The notes under the pieces are model-generated. The model did not search any database and was not told where the DNA came from. It was given only the letters and a program-made list of their open reading frames with translations. This document shows positions 15,042-27,436 of a DNA stretch of 64,000 nucleotides, piece after piece. A program made the translations under genes and the position numbers. Where the stretch lies: assembly GCA_951406725.2 (NCBI GenBank), contig OX597815.1, forward strand, positions 202,368,001 to 202,432,000. Reading direction: 5' to 3'. The first letter of the stretch is position 1. Each line of letters starts with the position of its first letter. This DNA is from Octopus vulgaris (Eukaryota).

Positions 15042-16164
15042 TTTTTAATCAAACTTATTCTTCAACTAATACGTAATTTGATGTTACCTGTCATCATTTC
15101 CGGGTCGATATAATAAGTACCAGTTGGACACTGGAGCTAATGTAATCGACTTAAGCCCTTTCCTCAAACTGCTGATCTTGTGCCAAAATTTGAAGCCAGT
15201 ATTAATTATATAACACAATTTGGAAAATGAAACGCAAGTGTGGATCCCATATATCTTCAAATACAGTCATTGATTACTATCATTTCATCAAGATGTTGAA
15301 CTATTCACCTTGTAAATTTCAGATACTGGCTACCGAAACCATTTCATGACGGGCATCTTGATGTTTTCCAGACTAGGAGAAATTGAAACCACCTCTATAT
15401 GTAATTCTCCTCGTACAAGTGGCATGTATTTCCTGACGTATTGCAATATTTGTTTCCTAAAGGTGGTTGTTTCAAAATTCTTTTCTGAAAACTATCGAAA
15501 ATTATTCATTTTTGAATAGATGTCAGCTAATTCGATATTTGTTCTTCATGATGTAATGCCTTTAATTTTTAATGATTTTTTTCAATTCTTATGTAGTAGT
15601 TTCATTATTTTCTACTTCTGTAACTCGTTTAAAGTTTGTCCAATCAGTCTGTGTAATCTTTTGACTACAATTGTCTTTCAATTTGTTTGTAGATTTCAGT
15701 CGCGCAAGAGCCATTTCTTTTGCAATTAATTTTTTTCTATTTCATTCCAGAATCTTTTACCTCTTGGAATGAATTCTAAAAATACCATCGTTAAACGATG
15801 CGATTTATGTGGTTTAATTAAGGAAGAAAAAGATGAAGCATGTAAATTTTGATTACTCTCGTGACATTTCAACTCATTCATCTTCCGCACATATTACATT
15901 TATAGTTCAACAACTTGATGAAATGATAGTAATTAATGACTGTATTTGAAGATATATGGGATCCACACTTGCGTTTCATTTTCCAAATTGTGTTATATAA
16001 TTAATACCGGCTTCAAATTTTGGCACAAGATCAGCAGTTTGAGGAAAGGGCTTAAGTCGATTACATTAACTCCAGTGTCCAACTGGTACTTATTATATCG
16101 ACCCGGAAATGATGACAGATAAAATCAAATTACGTATTAGTTGAAGAATAAGTTTGATTAAAAA
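15042..16164. repeat. Inverted duplication with ~263-bp arms (15042-15304 and 15902-16164), near identical
   Basis: Direct read of both arms shows only a handful of mismatches. The arms include a SINE family 2 fragment. Spacer ~600 bp. Confidence 0.9.
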
Positions 16165-17239
16165 TATGTATATGCATTTGAAATGCATCAGATAAAATAA
16201 CGAGTTATTTTCTATAGTAAAACATTTAGATTATGACAAATTTATGTTGTACCATGGTTTCTGATTAGTAATAATACGGTGGTTTATGGCAGCAATATAT
16301 ATTCTGCTGAATATCTTTTATTGCGAACGATTTATGGGCAAGAATAACAAAACCTCTGTGAAAATTTACGTTATAGTACTAATTAGAATGTACTAAAATT
16401 GTAGTATTATTCATATATTTGAATCAAACACTTTTCTTTACGCCTTATATTCATGTCACTTTTGTTTGGCCACTACGCACTCTACAGTGAGAAATTCCTC
16501 TGCATGCACCTAAATTCAAATTATTTTTCTGCTCCCTTCTTAGATCCCATTACATCTAACAAATGAACTCATTTTATCGTTCACTTCTTTGTCAGTTTTT
16601 ATAGATCTTTCCTGGTAATATGTGAGTACCAGCAGCTAAGTTTCGACACGTTTATTCACACTCACACACACTCTCTAATACACCCTGTCGCGTAAACCGC
16701 CGAACAATTACACGCATACCAATATCTTCTTTATTACTATTAAGCAGTATTGCTTGCCCTGAAAGTAATTTACACACACATATACGCATCATCAAATCAT
16801 TCGTACATGTTTCGCACTTGTGGCAGCTTTGTGATAAAAAAAAACGGTCTGAAACCACCGCCTAAACACTTTCTTTTTTACGGACCTCAACACACTGACA
16901 GTGTGGCTTGCATCACTTATTTGTTTTAATTCTGCCTACCTTCTTTTCTCGGTTATAATTGTTTATTTTTAAGTTTTGGAAATTCATGATTTTTTTTCTT
17001 TACATTCAATGCAATGACTATTTTACTTTCTGCTCTCCTAAGCTTCTCTTTATTGTTCTAACGTTAGACAAACATAAACATTAACGCACGGACATTTTAA
17101 ATTTCAAGCGATAAATTAATAACACCTATATTCATCAATATAATTTCTTCTTAATTTTTGTGACTTTTCAGATTACACACACACACACACACACAAACAT
17201 ACACACGTACACACAAATATATCTATAAACTATCCTGAT

Positions 17240-17282
<43 letters not shown>

Positions 17283-17323
17283 CAAAGTGGAAGTTGTTGG
17301 GTACCGCACGAGTGGAATTATAT

Positions 17324-17600
17324 ACGAAAGAAGGTTTGAAAATGCAATTTAAAAGATGTTTATTTACTTTACCGGTTTCACTCTTTGGAAAAATATTGTC
17401 AAAAGTAACATGTGGAAGTTTGGTTGCGTTAATTATTGGTTGTTGCAAACCAATAATTATTGCGTTAATTATTGGTTGTTAACAACTAATAATTAACGCA
17501 ACCAAACTTCCACATGTTACTTTTGACAATCGTTTTCCAAAGAGTGAAACCGGTAAAGTAAATAAACATCTTTTAAATTGCATTTTCAAACCTTCTTTCG

Positions 17601-17601
<1 letters not shown>
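17324..17601. repeat. Foldback (arms 17324-17444 and 17481-17601) with decayed hammerhead motifs; Penelope-type inverted pLTR remnant
   Basis: Near-perfect IR between (TA)n tracts. Plus strand 17518-17560 reads tactt-TTGACAA-...-GAAA-CCGG-TA-aagta, consistent with a CTGACGA core eroded by two transitions. Mirror copy at 17365-17407. Confidence 0.75.
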
Positions 17602-17662
<61 letters not shown>

Positions 17663-17668
17663 GCACAC

Positions 17669-18939
17669 TACAGGTATTCATAGAAGATTTCCTGTGACCC
17701 ACTTCCGGTCATTGCAGGGAACGGGACTTGTAAAGGTATGATCATACATGTTTCGACATGTTACATTGCAGATTCCAGTTTATCGATTAGTATTCAGCTG
17801 TCGTTTACGGCTGCTGAAGTGGACTAAGGTGTTATAATGGAGGTTGTTCAATTCAGATCTGTGACCAGGTTCTTACACTTGAAATGTCGTACATCAAAAG
17901 AGACTTTCGATGAGATTAAATAAGTTTATGTTGACGATACAACATCATGCAACCTAGTCAAGCCCTGGCATCCTCTGTTCACATGTGGTCAGATATTGGG
18001 GAGACTGCTCCTATTCCTGGACGACCACATTCCGCCTATGGTGCCGACACCATGAATAAACTGGAAGTCGAAGTTTTAGAGGATCGCCGCGTAATTATTC
18101 GGCAACTAAACCAAGAATTGAACATAAGTGTAGGTTCCTTAAAAAACATCATTCACGAATACTTCCACACGTTAAAGTTGTCTGCACAATGGATTTCCTG
18201 GATGTTCTCACCTTTTCAGAAACAGGAACGAATCTATTGCTCTCAGGCTCTTTTGACAATGTGCGAAGAAAGCGAGGATCTTTTCGACAGACTTATCACA
18301 CAGGATAAAACAGGGATGCATCACTATGATCCGCAGACTAAAATCCAGTCGAAGCAATGGAAAGTTGATAACTCACCACCACCAAAGAAGGCTCGCGCCC
18401 AACTCTCAGCAGGCAAGGTGATGCTCACAGTCTTTTGGGACCAGAGTCGAGTCGTGATGATAGACTTCCTAGCAAATGGAACCTCAATTAACTGGTCATC
18501 TTATGCTTCTCTTCTGCAGAAATTGCTTGCGGGATGCCATCAAAGCCGTGAGGCATGGCATGCTGAGAAAAGAAGTCCAGCCCCTCCAAGACAACGACCC
18601 AGTTCACATTGCGCATGTTGCCTAGATGAAAGCACACTCCTGCGGCTGTGAAATCCGTACTCATCTCCCTTACTCTTCCTACCTTGCATCATCTAACTTC
18701 CAAGATTATTTTGAAGGGGAAGCACTTTTCGGATGATGATGAACATATTTCCGCGGTAAAGCCTTGGCTCCAGACGCAACCTGCCGACATCTACAGATGA
18801 GATCTTTACAGTTGCATAAAGCGATGGGAGAAATGTGTCACCATTGGTGGTGCATACGTTGAGAAGGCCTAATAAAAGTTTCGTTTATCCTAGTCCTGGG
18901 AAAGTGGGTCAGAGGAAATCTTTAATGAACATCCCTTAT
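17669..18939 (+). mobile_element. Mariner (DD34D-type) transposon with disrupted transposase
   Basis: Imperfect TIRs (aagatttcctgtgacccactt / aagtgggtcagaggaaatctt). ORF 17947-18651 has ITQDKTGMHHYDP and SAGKVMLTVFWD. Downstream LQDN and H.PYS..LA.S.F motifs are out of frame. Confidence 0.9.
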
Positions 18940-19443
18940 ATATATATATATATATATAATATCTCCTTTATACTCATTAAACAGCACAGGCGTATTCTTT
19001 GCCCTGGAAATAATCTATACACATATATACACCGCACAAACACATTAATACATGTATCCCACTTATAGCGGCTATGTGATAAAAGAAACAGTCTGATTCC
19101 AGCGCCTTAACTCTTTCTTTCTCACGTATCTCAACACACTGATAGTATGGTCTATATCACTTGTTTGCTTGATTTCTGCCTACATTTCTTTCTCAGATTT
19201 CAATTCTTTTTATTTTTCAGTTCTGGAAATTCGCGAGATTTTTCTTTTACATTCATTGCAATGACTATTTCTCTTTCCTTAACCCTGAGCTTCTCTTTAT
19301 CGTTCTAAAGTAAGACAAACATAATAAATATTAACGCACTGACATTTTAAATTTCAAGCAGTAAATTAATAACACCTTTATTAATCAATATAATTTCTTC
19401 TTAATATTTGTGACTTTTCAGAATACATACCCACATTTACATA

Positions 19444-19547
<104 letters not shown>

Positions 19548-19570
19548 CATATATATATTATATGTATATG

Positions 19571-19609
<39 letters not shown>

Positions 19610-20117
19610 CAATATAATAAATAAAACATATGCATACATACATATATGTACATGCCCACATCTATATGTATATATACATGCATATATGAGTACAGGACAC
19701 CACAAATAAACGTAGAACACAACGAGAAAAGAAAACATAAAACCAAACAAGGAAACAGAGTACAAGGCAATCAACACAAGGAACATTCCCCTTCTTCAGC
19801 TGCTCCTGTTTCGACTCAATGCGTGTTTCGAAGGTAAGGGCAGAACACGATCCGGCCGAATCATTCCTTCCCGCAAAATGAATTAAATAATTTTTTTTTG
19901 CGGAGGGATAAAAAAAAGTGACAAGAACAGGACGTAAAGGCAACACAAATGAAAAAAAAACAGTAGAAATAAAGAATAAAAACAGTAAAAGACAGGACAA
20001 GGAAACCAACAACAGGGGCTTTTTTTAGCCTAGACTGTGGAAAAATTCGTTAGAACGCATTCTGAAGATCGGCTTGCGGAAGACAGAAGAAAGCCGATGT
20101 TGACTTATATATATAAA

Positions 20118-20734
20118 TAAATAACAAACGAAAGACAGAAGATGGAATTTACGAGAATATATTATTAATCACAACAATTGTTTCGACACATCTAGCATCG
20201 ACTCCTCTTGTGGTATACACAAAAACTAGTTCAGGGGTATCCGGTGGTTCAGACGTGTCTCGTCGGGTGATAAGTAAATAAAAAAAATCTCGTTAAAGTG
20301 ACTGTTCCATAATGCAACTTGCCGTTTTGTATAGAGAAAAACGACCAGACGGAGGAAAATTCTTCATACATATATAGAAGATCCAAAAATAAAATTGCAG
20401 AAGACAAAAAGAGAAACGAACATTTAATCCAGCGATTCGTTTCTCTTTTTGTCTTCCGCAATTTTATTTTTGGATCTTCTATATCTATGAAGAATTTTCC
20501 TCCGTCTGGCTGTTTTTCTCTCTACAAAACGGCAAGTTGCATTATAGAACAGACATTTTAACGAGATTTTTTATTTACTTATCACCCGATAACATACCTC
20601 TGCACCACTAGATATTCCTGAACCAGTGTCTGTGTGTCCCACAAGAGAAGCCGATGCTAGATGTGTCGAAACAATTGTTATGTTGAATATTATATTCTCG
20701 CATATTCCATCTTCTGTCTTTCATGTGTTATTTA
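20118..20734. repeat. Foldback with ~300-bp arms (20118-20420 and 20436-20734), inverted pLTR-like
   Basis: Arms read directly as reverse complements with a 15-nt spacer. Each arm carries a hammerhead-like motif. Confidence 0.85.
20168..20271 (-). ncRNA. Hammerhead ribozyme variant (U4C core) with large loop II
   Basis: Minus strand: atcac-CCGACGA-gacacgtct-(~60 nt)-agatgtgtc-GAAA-CAATTG-TT-gtgat. 5-bp stem I, 9-bp stem II, palindromic stem III. Confidence 0.65.
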
Positions 20735-20817
20735 CATAACGATCACTCTAAAAGTGACTGTGCTTTACCAGTAAGCTACTAGGTGTAAACCATTCGTTTT
20801 ATTATCCATATGTATAT

Positions 20818-21014
20818 CTCTCTTTACTCTTTTACTTGTTTCAGTCATTTGACTGCGGCCATGCTGGAGCACCGCCATTAATCGAGCAACTCGACCCCGG
20901 GACTTATTCTTCGTAAGCCCAGTACTTATTCTATCGGTCTCTTTTTGCCGAACCGCTAAGTGACGGAGACATAAACACATCAGCATCGGTCGTCAAGCAA
21001 TGCTAGGGGAACAA

Positions 21015-21047
<33 letters not shown>

Positions 21048-21211
21048 CATATATACGACGGGCTTCTTTTCAGTTTCCGCCTACCAAATCCACTCACAAG
21101 GCTTTGGTCGGCCCGAGGCTATAGTTGAAGACACTTGCCCAAGGTGCCACGCAGTGGGACTGAACCCGGAACCATGTGGTTGGTAAACAAGCTACTTACC
21201 ACACAGCCACT
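20818..21211 (-). mobile_element. tRNA-derived SINE family 1, near full length
   Basis: Same head, core and tail as 14323-14705. Confidence 0.9.
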
Positions 21212-21212
21212 A

Positions 21213-21296
<84 letters not shown>

Positions 21297-21380
21297 TTAG
21301 AGACAAAACCACTATTTTGCAAAACAAACAAGGAAAGACTTAATCAATACATAAAATTTTAATAAAAAGTAAAAAAACCG

Positions 21381-21424
21381 CCACTACAATTGTTTTATGT
21401 CTGCAAATGACAATCTTCAGGTGG
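21381..21424 (-). ncRNA. Minimal hammerhead, probably inactivated (GAAA to AAAA)
   Basis: Minus strand: ccac-CTGAAGA-t-tgtc atttgca gaca-t-AAAA-CAATTG-TA-gtgg. Confidence 0.65.
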
Positions 21425-23554
21425 ATTTCTGATCTAAAATATCAATATTTTAAAATATAAGTTTAAAAAATAATTTTAAAATAATAAAAGTATCAATGAA
21501 AAATATAAATATATAATCTATATATAACCTATATATAATCCATATATAATCAATATATAATCTAAAATAAACCCTATCAACAATTAAATATAAAACAAAA
21601 TAAAAATAAACTATATATACACACATACGCATACACATATAACTAAGTATATATAACCATATCTAAATACATACACTAACTCTACACTAACTCACACACC
21701 TATATATATATCCCTATACATACACATAAAAACGTCTAGGCAACGATGAATAAATAAAATAGCCACATACTTCAACACATTACTTATTCATACTCCCTCA
21801 CACACACATACAACCCACATTCATAAACAGTATACATATACCCGCTCACACATACATATACATACATACAGAACTCGATATATACACCAATATATTCACA
21901 CCCACATCTATACAGATAAATACATTACGCAAACAATCACACACACACATACACACATTCACACATACATAAACACTCAAAAGAAAAATAAACAATTCTT
22001 TGCACGTGGTGATCGAACGTTTTTTTTGAAATTATGAATGGAATAATATATAATCAACGTAAATATACAGAATTTACTCCAAATCATTAATAAACCATCA
22101 TGATAAATGAAACCCATATATACATATAATGATAAAACTCCCTTTACCATACACAATTATACCTATATAGCAATCTCCATATATACATTCACACACAAAT
22201 ACACATACGTAAAACACACACACACAACATATACGTATACCCCCTCACATATACATATACATACGTACTAAACTCGATATATACAACAATATGTTCACAC
22301 CCACACTCATACAGATAAATAAATTACACAACCAAAATACGCACACACACACACATTCACACATACATAAACACTCAAAAGAAAAACAACATTACTACAC
22401 ATAATACGATATATAAAATACTTCATAAGTAACCAGAATATCATAATTAACAAGATTAACATAAGGAGAAAAAAATATACATACTTTCAAATCAGTTTCA
22501 ATTTATGAAGTGAAATTAAACTCTAGCCGTTATAACGTCAAACAAAATTACGTTACCATAGGAACCTAACATATGTATAAAAAGTCTTCGCGCTCTGTAA
22601 ACGAACGTCATTTAAAATTATGAATGGAATAAATGGAATTAAAAATTCTTTGCGCGTGGTAAACGAACATTACTTAAAAATTATGAATGGAATAATGTAA
22701 TAAAATAACAAACATCTTAAATAGACATAAATTACTACAAATTCTTTAATAAAACTACCATGATAAACTAAAACTCATAAATACATATAATGATAAAACC
22801 TCCCTTTACTAAACACTATAACATACCTATATAGCAATCCCCCTAACCTATACATTCACACACAAATACACACACGTATACCACACACCCACGACATATA
22901 CAAATACCCACCCCACTCACACATACCTATACATACGTATAAACCTCGATATATACACCAAAAATTCACTCCCACACCCATACAGATAAATAAACATATA
23001 CATCCTTAAAATGGTGCAATCTCACGCACATCAATCATGCATGTATACAAGTGCATACACAAGCACACACTTTTACATAGCACCATGCACTCCCACATCT
23101 ACACATTCACTTATACACGCGCACACATACACACACACCCATGCAACATACATATTCACGGACACTCTCCTAGACATCCAAATATACGTATAAATGGCTA
23201 CAAAACAATACCCAATAAAAAAACTACCATGAACAACAAACCAAGCTATAATGCATGGGGACTAAAATACTAAAAAATTCTAAATAAAATAATCATGATA
23301 AATGAAATTCATACATACAAATATAAAGATAAAACCCCTTACCAAAACACAATACACACAAATACACACACATATATACACACACCCACAAACATAACCA
23401 TATACACACTCTCATAAACATATACATACGTACAAACCTCGATATATACACCAATATATTCATTCCCACACTCAATAAATTATTAAATAAATACATATAC
23501 AAACATAAACATATATATATATATAAAATATATATATATATATATATTTTAAAA

Positions 23555-23870
23555 GACTCCGCCGGTTACGACGACGAGGGTCCCAGCTGATACGATCAAC
23601 GGAACAGCTTGCTCGTGAAATTAACGTGCAAATGGCTGAGCATTCCACAGGCACGTGTACCCTTAACGTAGTTCTCGGGGATAATCATGACACAGAGAGT
23701 GACAAGGCTGACCCTTTGAAATACAAGTACAACTCATTTTTGCCAGCTGAGTGGACTGGAGCAACGTGAAATAAAGTGTCTTGCTCAAGGACACAACGCG
23801 TCGCCGGGAATCAAACTCACAACCTTACGATCATGAGCCGAATGCCCTAACCACTAAGCCACGCGCCCTC
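23555..23870 (-). mobile_element. tRNA-derived SINE family 3 (CORE-like middle) nested in the Penelope 3' region
   Basis: Minus strand: gggcgcgtggcttagtggttaggg (A box), gagtttgattccc (B box), tgtgtccttgagcaagacactt core. Confidence 0.85.
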
Positions 23871-24577
23871 ATTCACATATCATCACATACACATATATAT
23901 AAAAAACAGTCTTTCAAAAAAGTAAATAAATATTAATATATTTATATTTATATATGAGTGTGTACACGCAGACGGGTGCAAACACACGCACATTCAAAAC
24001 ATTCATGTATACAAGTGCATAAATAATCCCACTCAATTACATAGCACTCATACACTCCCGCATCTACACTTGCACTTGTACACACGCACACATGCATACA
24101 CACCCATACCTACATATTCACGGACAATCTCCTAAATATCTATATAAACGTATATTATAACAGACAATACCCAAATAAAAACTGCCATGTTCAACATACC
24201 AAATAAAAGACAAAGGGATCGTAAACATTCACACATACATACAAAACTCAATATATACACCACTAAATACACCCAATCATCCATAATAATATATCCTCAA
24301 ATATACATATAACATATACATAATAAAAATACATAATAAAATAAAATAAATAAATAAGTAAATAAAATAAAATAAATCTAATATAAATTATTAAAGTTTT
24401 AACGTACCATAAACTGTTATATATTAATATACATTAAAAATGAACTAATTAAAACAAAGAAATATCAATTAAAGACTAACTATAATTAAAGCCTAAACTA
24501 CATAACTAAAGATATATAATACTCTAAACTCAATTTAATATTAAACTAAAGTAACCTTTAGTAGGGAACTATTATTG

Positions 24578-26107
24578 TTATTTATCATGAAACTTATTAT
24601 ATAGGTAAAGTAACCTATGTCTGCATTTTATTTTGCGCTCTTCACCTGTATTAAGTAAATTATCATACTTATAAAATAAAATTTCTTTAAACTCATTAGA
24701 GCATAAATAACAACAATTCGCTCCTATAGTATATGATTTAGTTTTACAAATTATTTCCCAAATTAAACTATAATTAATATTTTGTGATTTAAGTCTCCAA
24801 AGGTACTTACTAAGTCCAGTTGAGCTGATTAAGTTTTTATTTTTGAAAGAATTCATATGTTGTGCGATTCTTAATTTTATTTTTGAGGAAGTAGACACTA
24901 TATAAACCGCTTTTGGGTAATTATTATTCTTAAAGTTATTATCATGTAATGTAACTATACATTTATACACTACATCGTTAATATCACAATTATTATTTAA
25001 TATACATTTAGATTTATCTCTACAAGTACAATTAATATAAGTCTTATCATTATTATTATTATTATCAAATAATTTATTATTATAAAAATTATTCAGTTTA
25101 AATTTATTAAATGAAGAAATAATGTTACCTACATTATTAGTGGTGGAATAACCTACTCCAAAATTATCACTCGAGAAAATGTTTCTATATTTACGATTAT
25201 CTCTAATAAATAGTTCTATAACATCTAAAATCTCTTTGGTAATATTCGTTTTTACTTGATCACCATAAGGAACTATTAACCAAATTTTATTCTTATTAAC
25301 CTTATTATTATTGTCATTATTATAAATATATTTATAATTCTTTATCTTATTAAAAGTATTATCAGAATTATATCTATGTACAGCATTTAAGGAATTATTA
25401 ATATTATTAATTTTATCAATATTATTATTATAATTATTATTAAATTTATTTTTATCGTTATTATTCTTATTTTTATTATTATTATTATTATTTTTATTCT
25501 TATTTTTATTTTTATCATTTTTATTATTATTTTTATAATATCTATTATTTTTACCACTAATACTAACAAAATTATTATTATTATTATTATAAGTATCTCG
25601 AAAATTATCATTTAAATCTTTATCACTAATATTATAAAATTTAATATTCCTATTATAACCTGCCCCTCTAAGGGCCTCATTATAATAAGTAGCATGTTTA
25701 TCAAAAATCTCTATATCATAAGAGAGTAATGAAATATGTTTACTTATATTATTAATCAACGATTTTTTAATAGAAATTGGGTGATTACTATTAACATTTA
25801 TATATCTAAGGTTCTCATTAAGTTTATGATATGGTTGTGTTTTACCTGTAATTAGATTAAAATTAACATCTAAATAATTAACATTATAATTCTCCTTATA
25901 TATAGTAATACTTAAACCATATCTTTTAAAGAAACTATATAGTTTTTTCTTATATCCTTCTAGATTCCTATTAGTACAATTATTTGTAACTAGTAGAAGA
26001 TCGTCTCTATATAAGCCACCCTCTATCTTAAGATTTTCTAATTGGAGTTCAGATAAAAGAAAAATACCTACTAAATCAGTAGCTTGTGCAGAATCTGGTG
26101 CTCCCAT
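24578..26107 (-). CDS. Penelope-like RT C-terminal half + GIY-YIG endonuclease (5'-truncated)
   Basis: RT and thumb motifs MG..S..ATDL, GLYRDD, NYLDV, YINVNSNHP. Then CTCR..C..C, VVYKC...YIVST (GIY-YIG-like), R..QH, CYLC..E. Contains an in-frame Asn-rich expansion. Confidence 0.9.
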   Translation of the reverse strand: MGAPDSAQATDLVGIFLLSELQLENLKIEGGLYRDDLLLVTNNCTNRNLEGYKKKLYSFFKRYGLSITIYKENYNVNYLDVNFNLITGKTQPYHKLNENLRYINVNSNHPISIKKSLINNISKHISLLSYDIEIFDKHATYYNEALRGAGYNRNIKFYNISDKDLNDNFRDTYNNNNNNFVSISGKNNRYYKNNNKNDKNKNKNKNNNNNNKNKNNNDKNKFNNNYNNNIDKINNINNSLNAVHRYNSDNTFNKIKNYKYIYNNDNNNKVNKNKIWLIVPYGDQVKTNITKEILDVIELFIRDNRKYRNIFSSDNFGVGYSTTNNVGNIISSFNKFKLNNFYNNKLFDNNNNNDKTYINCTCRDKSKCILNNNCDINDVVYKCIVTLHDNNFKNNNYPKAVYIVSTSSKIKLRIAQHMNSFKNKNLISSTGLSKYLWRLKSQNINYSLIWEIICKTKSYTIGANCCYLCSNEFKEILFYKYDNLLNTGEERKIKCRHRLLYLYNKFHDK

Positions 26108-26116
26108 AGGTATATC

Positions 26117-26196
<80 letters not shown>

Positions 26197-27051
26197 ATAT
26201 ATATATACATATATATATATATACATAATGATTTGCCTTGCAATAGTCTCTTCATCTTCTAACGTGGGCTTCTGCATAATTATTAAAAACCCATGTCACC
26301 TCTGCTGTTTCCTTCGTCAAGTGTGGTGTTGAGACTGAAGATCGCTGATTATATAAATGCAAATCTTACATTAAACTACCCCAGTCACACGCGGTAAGCC
26401 TGAACTTAGTTATGGCAGATACAAGTCAAACATTACGGAGTAATGTCTGTATGTTTGTGTCTTTACGGCTTCAGTGACGGAACAAAGGAAATAGAGTGTC
26501 ATGTCTACATCTGAATGAGAAGAAACTAAAACAAAATATAAGGAAAACTTAAAGTAGATCGTTATATTATGTGTTTGTAGGAGTGTTTATATAAAGTGGA
26601 TATTTGCACAGTCGAACGATTAAATAGCTGTGTTCGCTCCAGTTTGTAGGATATCGAGAACAACACTCTGAGCAATGAATCACGTCAACGCATTCCTTGT
26701 GAAAGAAAGTAAATAGATAGAAACCTGGCGGAATTGTGTAGGGAGGAATGGTTTATGTAATTCAAAGAAACTAACTGATCGCGCATTTCCGAAGCAAGTG
26801 GGTATGGAATAATGAACCACTTAATGTGAATACAACGAGGATAAAATACAGTTCATTGTGCAACGCATCCATTATTGCTGAAATAAATGATGAGCCTTAT
26901 ACTTTTTTTGCATACACACGTGTAATTATTTGAAGATGTTTTCTTTAATTACAGGTGTTAACCTTATTATATATGCAAGAAATCATTATCAAAAATATAG
27001 ATATACACATACAGAATTATACAGACACAGATAAACAAACGCGCACACACA

Positions 27052-27360
27052 TTCTTCAAACTTTGCCTCTTCTCTGGTTGATATTCTCGGGGTGGTTGTC
27101 ATGGGGGTTAAACCCTCAGGCAATTCTTCCAAAGGGTCTTATCATTAGTAACACTCTTTAGAATTTTTCTGCTGGATTACCAAGCGTGACCAAGTGACAC
27201 TTTGGATATGAGCCATCTCTTTCTTGGTCTGCTCCTGGGTTCGCTGACTTGGCTTGAAAAGTTCGTCTTGTGATTCTTTCCTGCAAAGTTTTTATAGCAT
27301 GTCCGTAGTAGCCAGCACCTATAACTCTAGCATTCAGTTCATCCTCCTGCCGTCTATCAA
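27052..27360 (-). mobile_element. RTE-like LINE 3'-end relic
   Basis: Minus strand ...cccaggagcagaccaagaaagagatggctc encodes PR.RPRKRWL, followed by a D...W remnant typical of the RTE ORF C-terminus. Confidence 0.55.
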
Positions 27361-27369
27361 ATCAACGCT

Positions 27370-27436
<67 letters not shown>

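Larger units (their letters stand above)
16720..19425 (+). repeat. Diverged direct repeat, ~460 bp (16720-17175 and 18960-19425)
   Basis: Shared blocks gtgataaaa..aaacggtctga, ctcaacacactga, gacattttaaatttcaagc and ttcttaat..ttgtgacttttcaga. Confidence 0.75.
21296..26118 (-). mobile_element. 5'-truncated Penelope-like retroelement (possibly Naiad-type) with a long repetitive 3' region
   Basis: RT+GIY-YIG ORF at 24578-26107. Both ends abut (TA)n. A hammerhead remnant lies at the distal 3' end (21381-21424). The 3' boundary is inferred. Confidence 0.7.

Noticed and set aside
15305-15490. Possible minus-strand exon (tttcag...aag|gtgaat; KNFETTTFRKQILQYVRKYMPLVRGE..)
   Set aside because: In-frame stop before the donor, no recognisable homology and no partner exons.
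19780-19900. Minus-strand CTGAAGA and two CGAAAC motifs
   Set aside because: The order and pairing do not give a closed three-way junction. At best an unrecognisable relic.
23795-23870. tRNA gene calls for SINE heads (also 13184, 51384, 52545)
   Set aside because: A and B boxes are present but there is no complete cloverleaf. The longer copies run straight into SINE body sequence.
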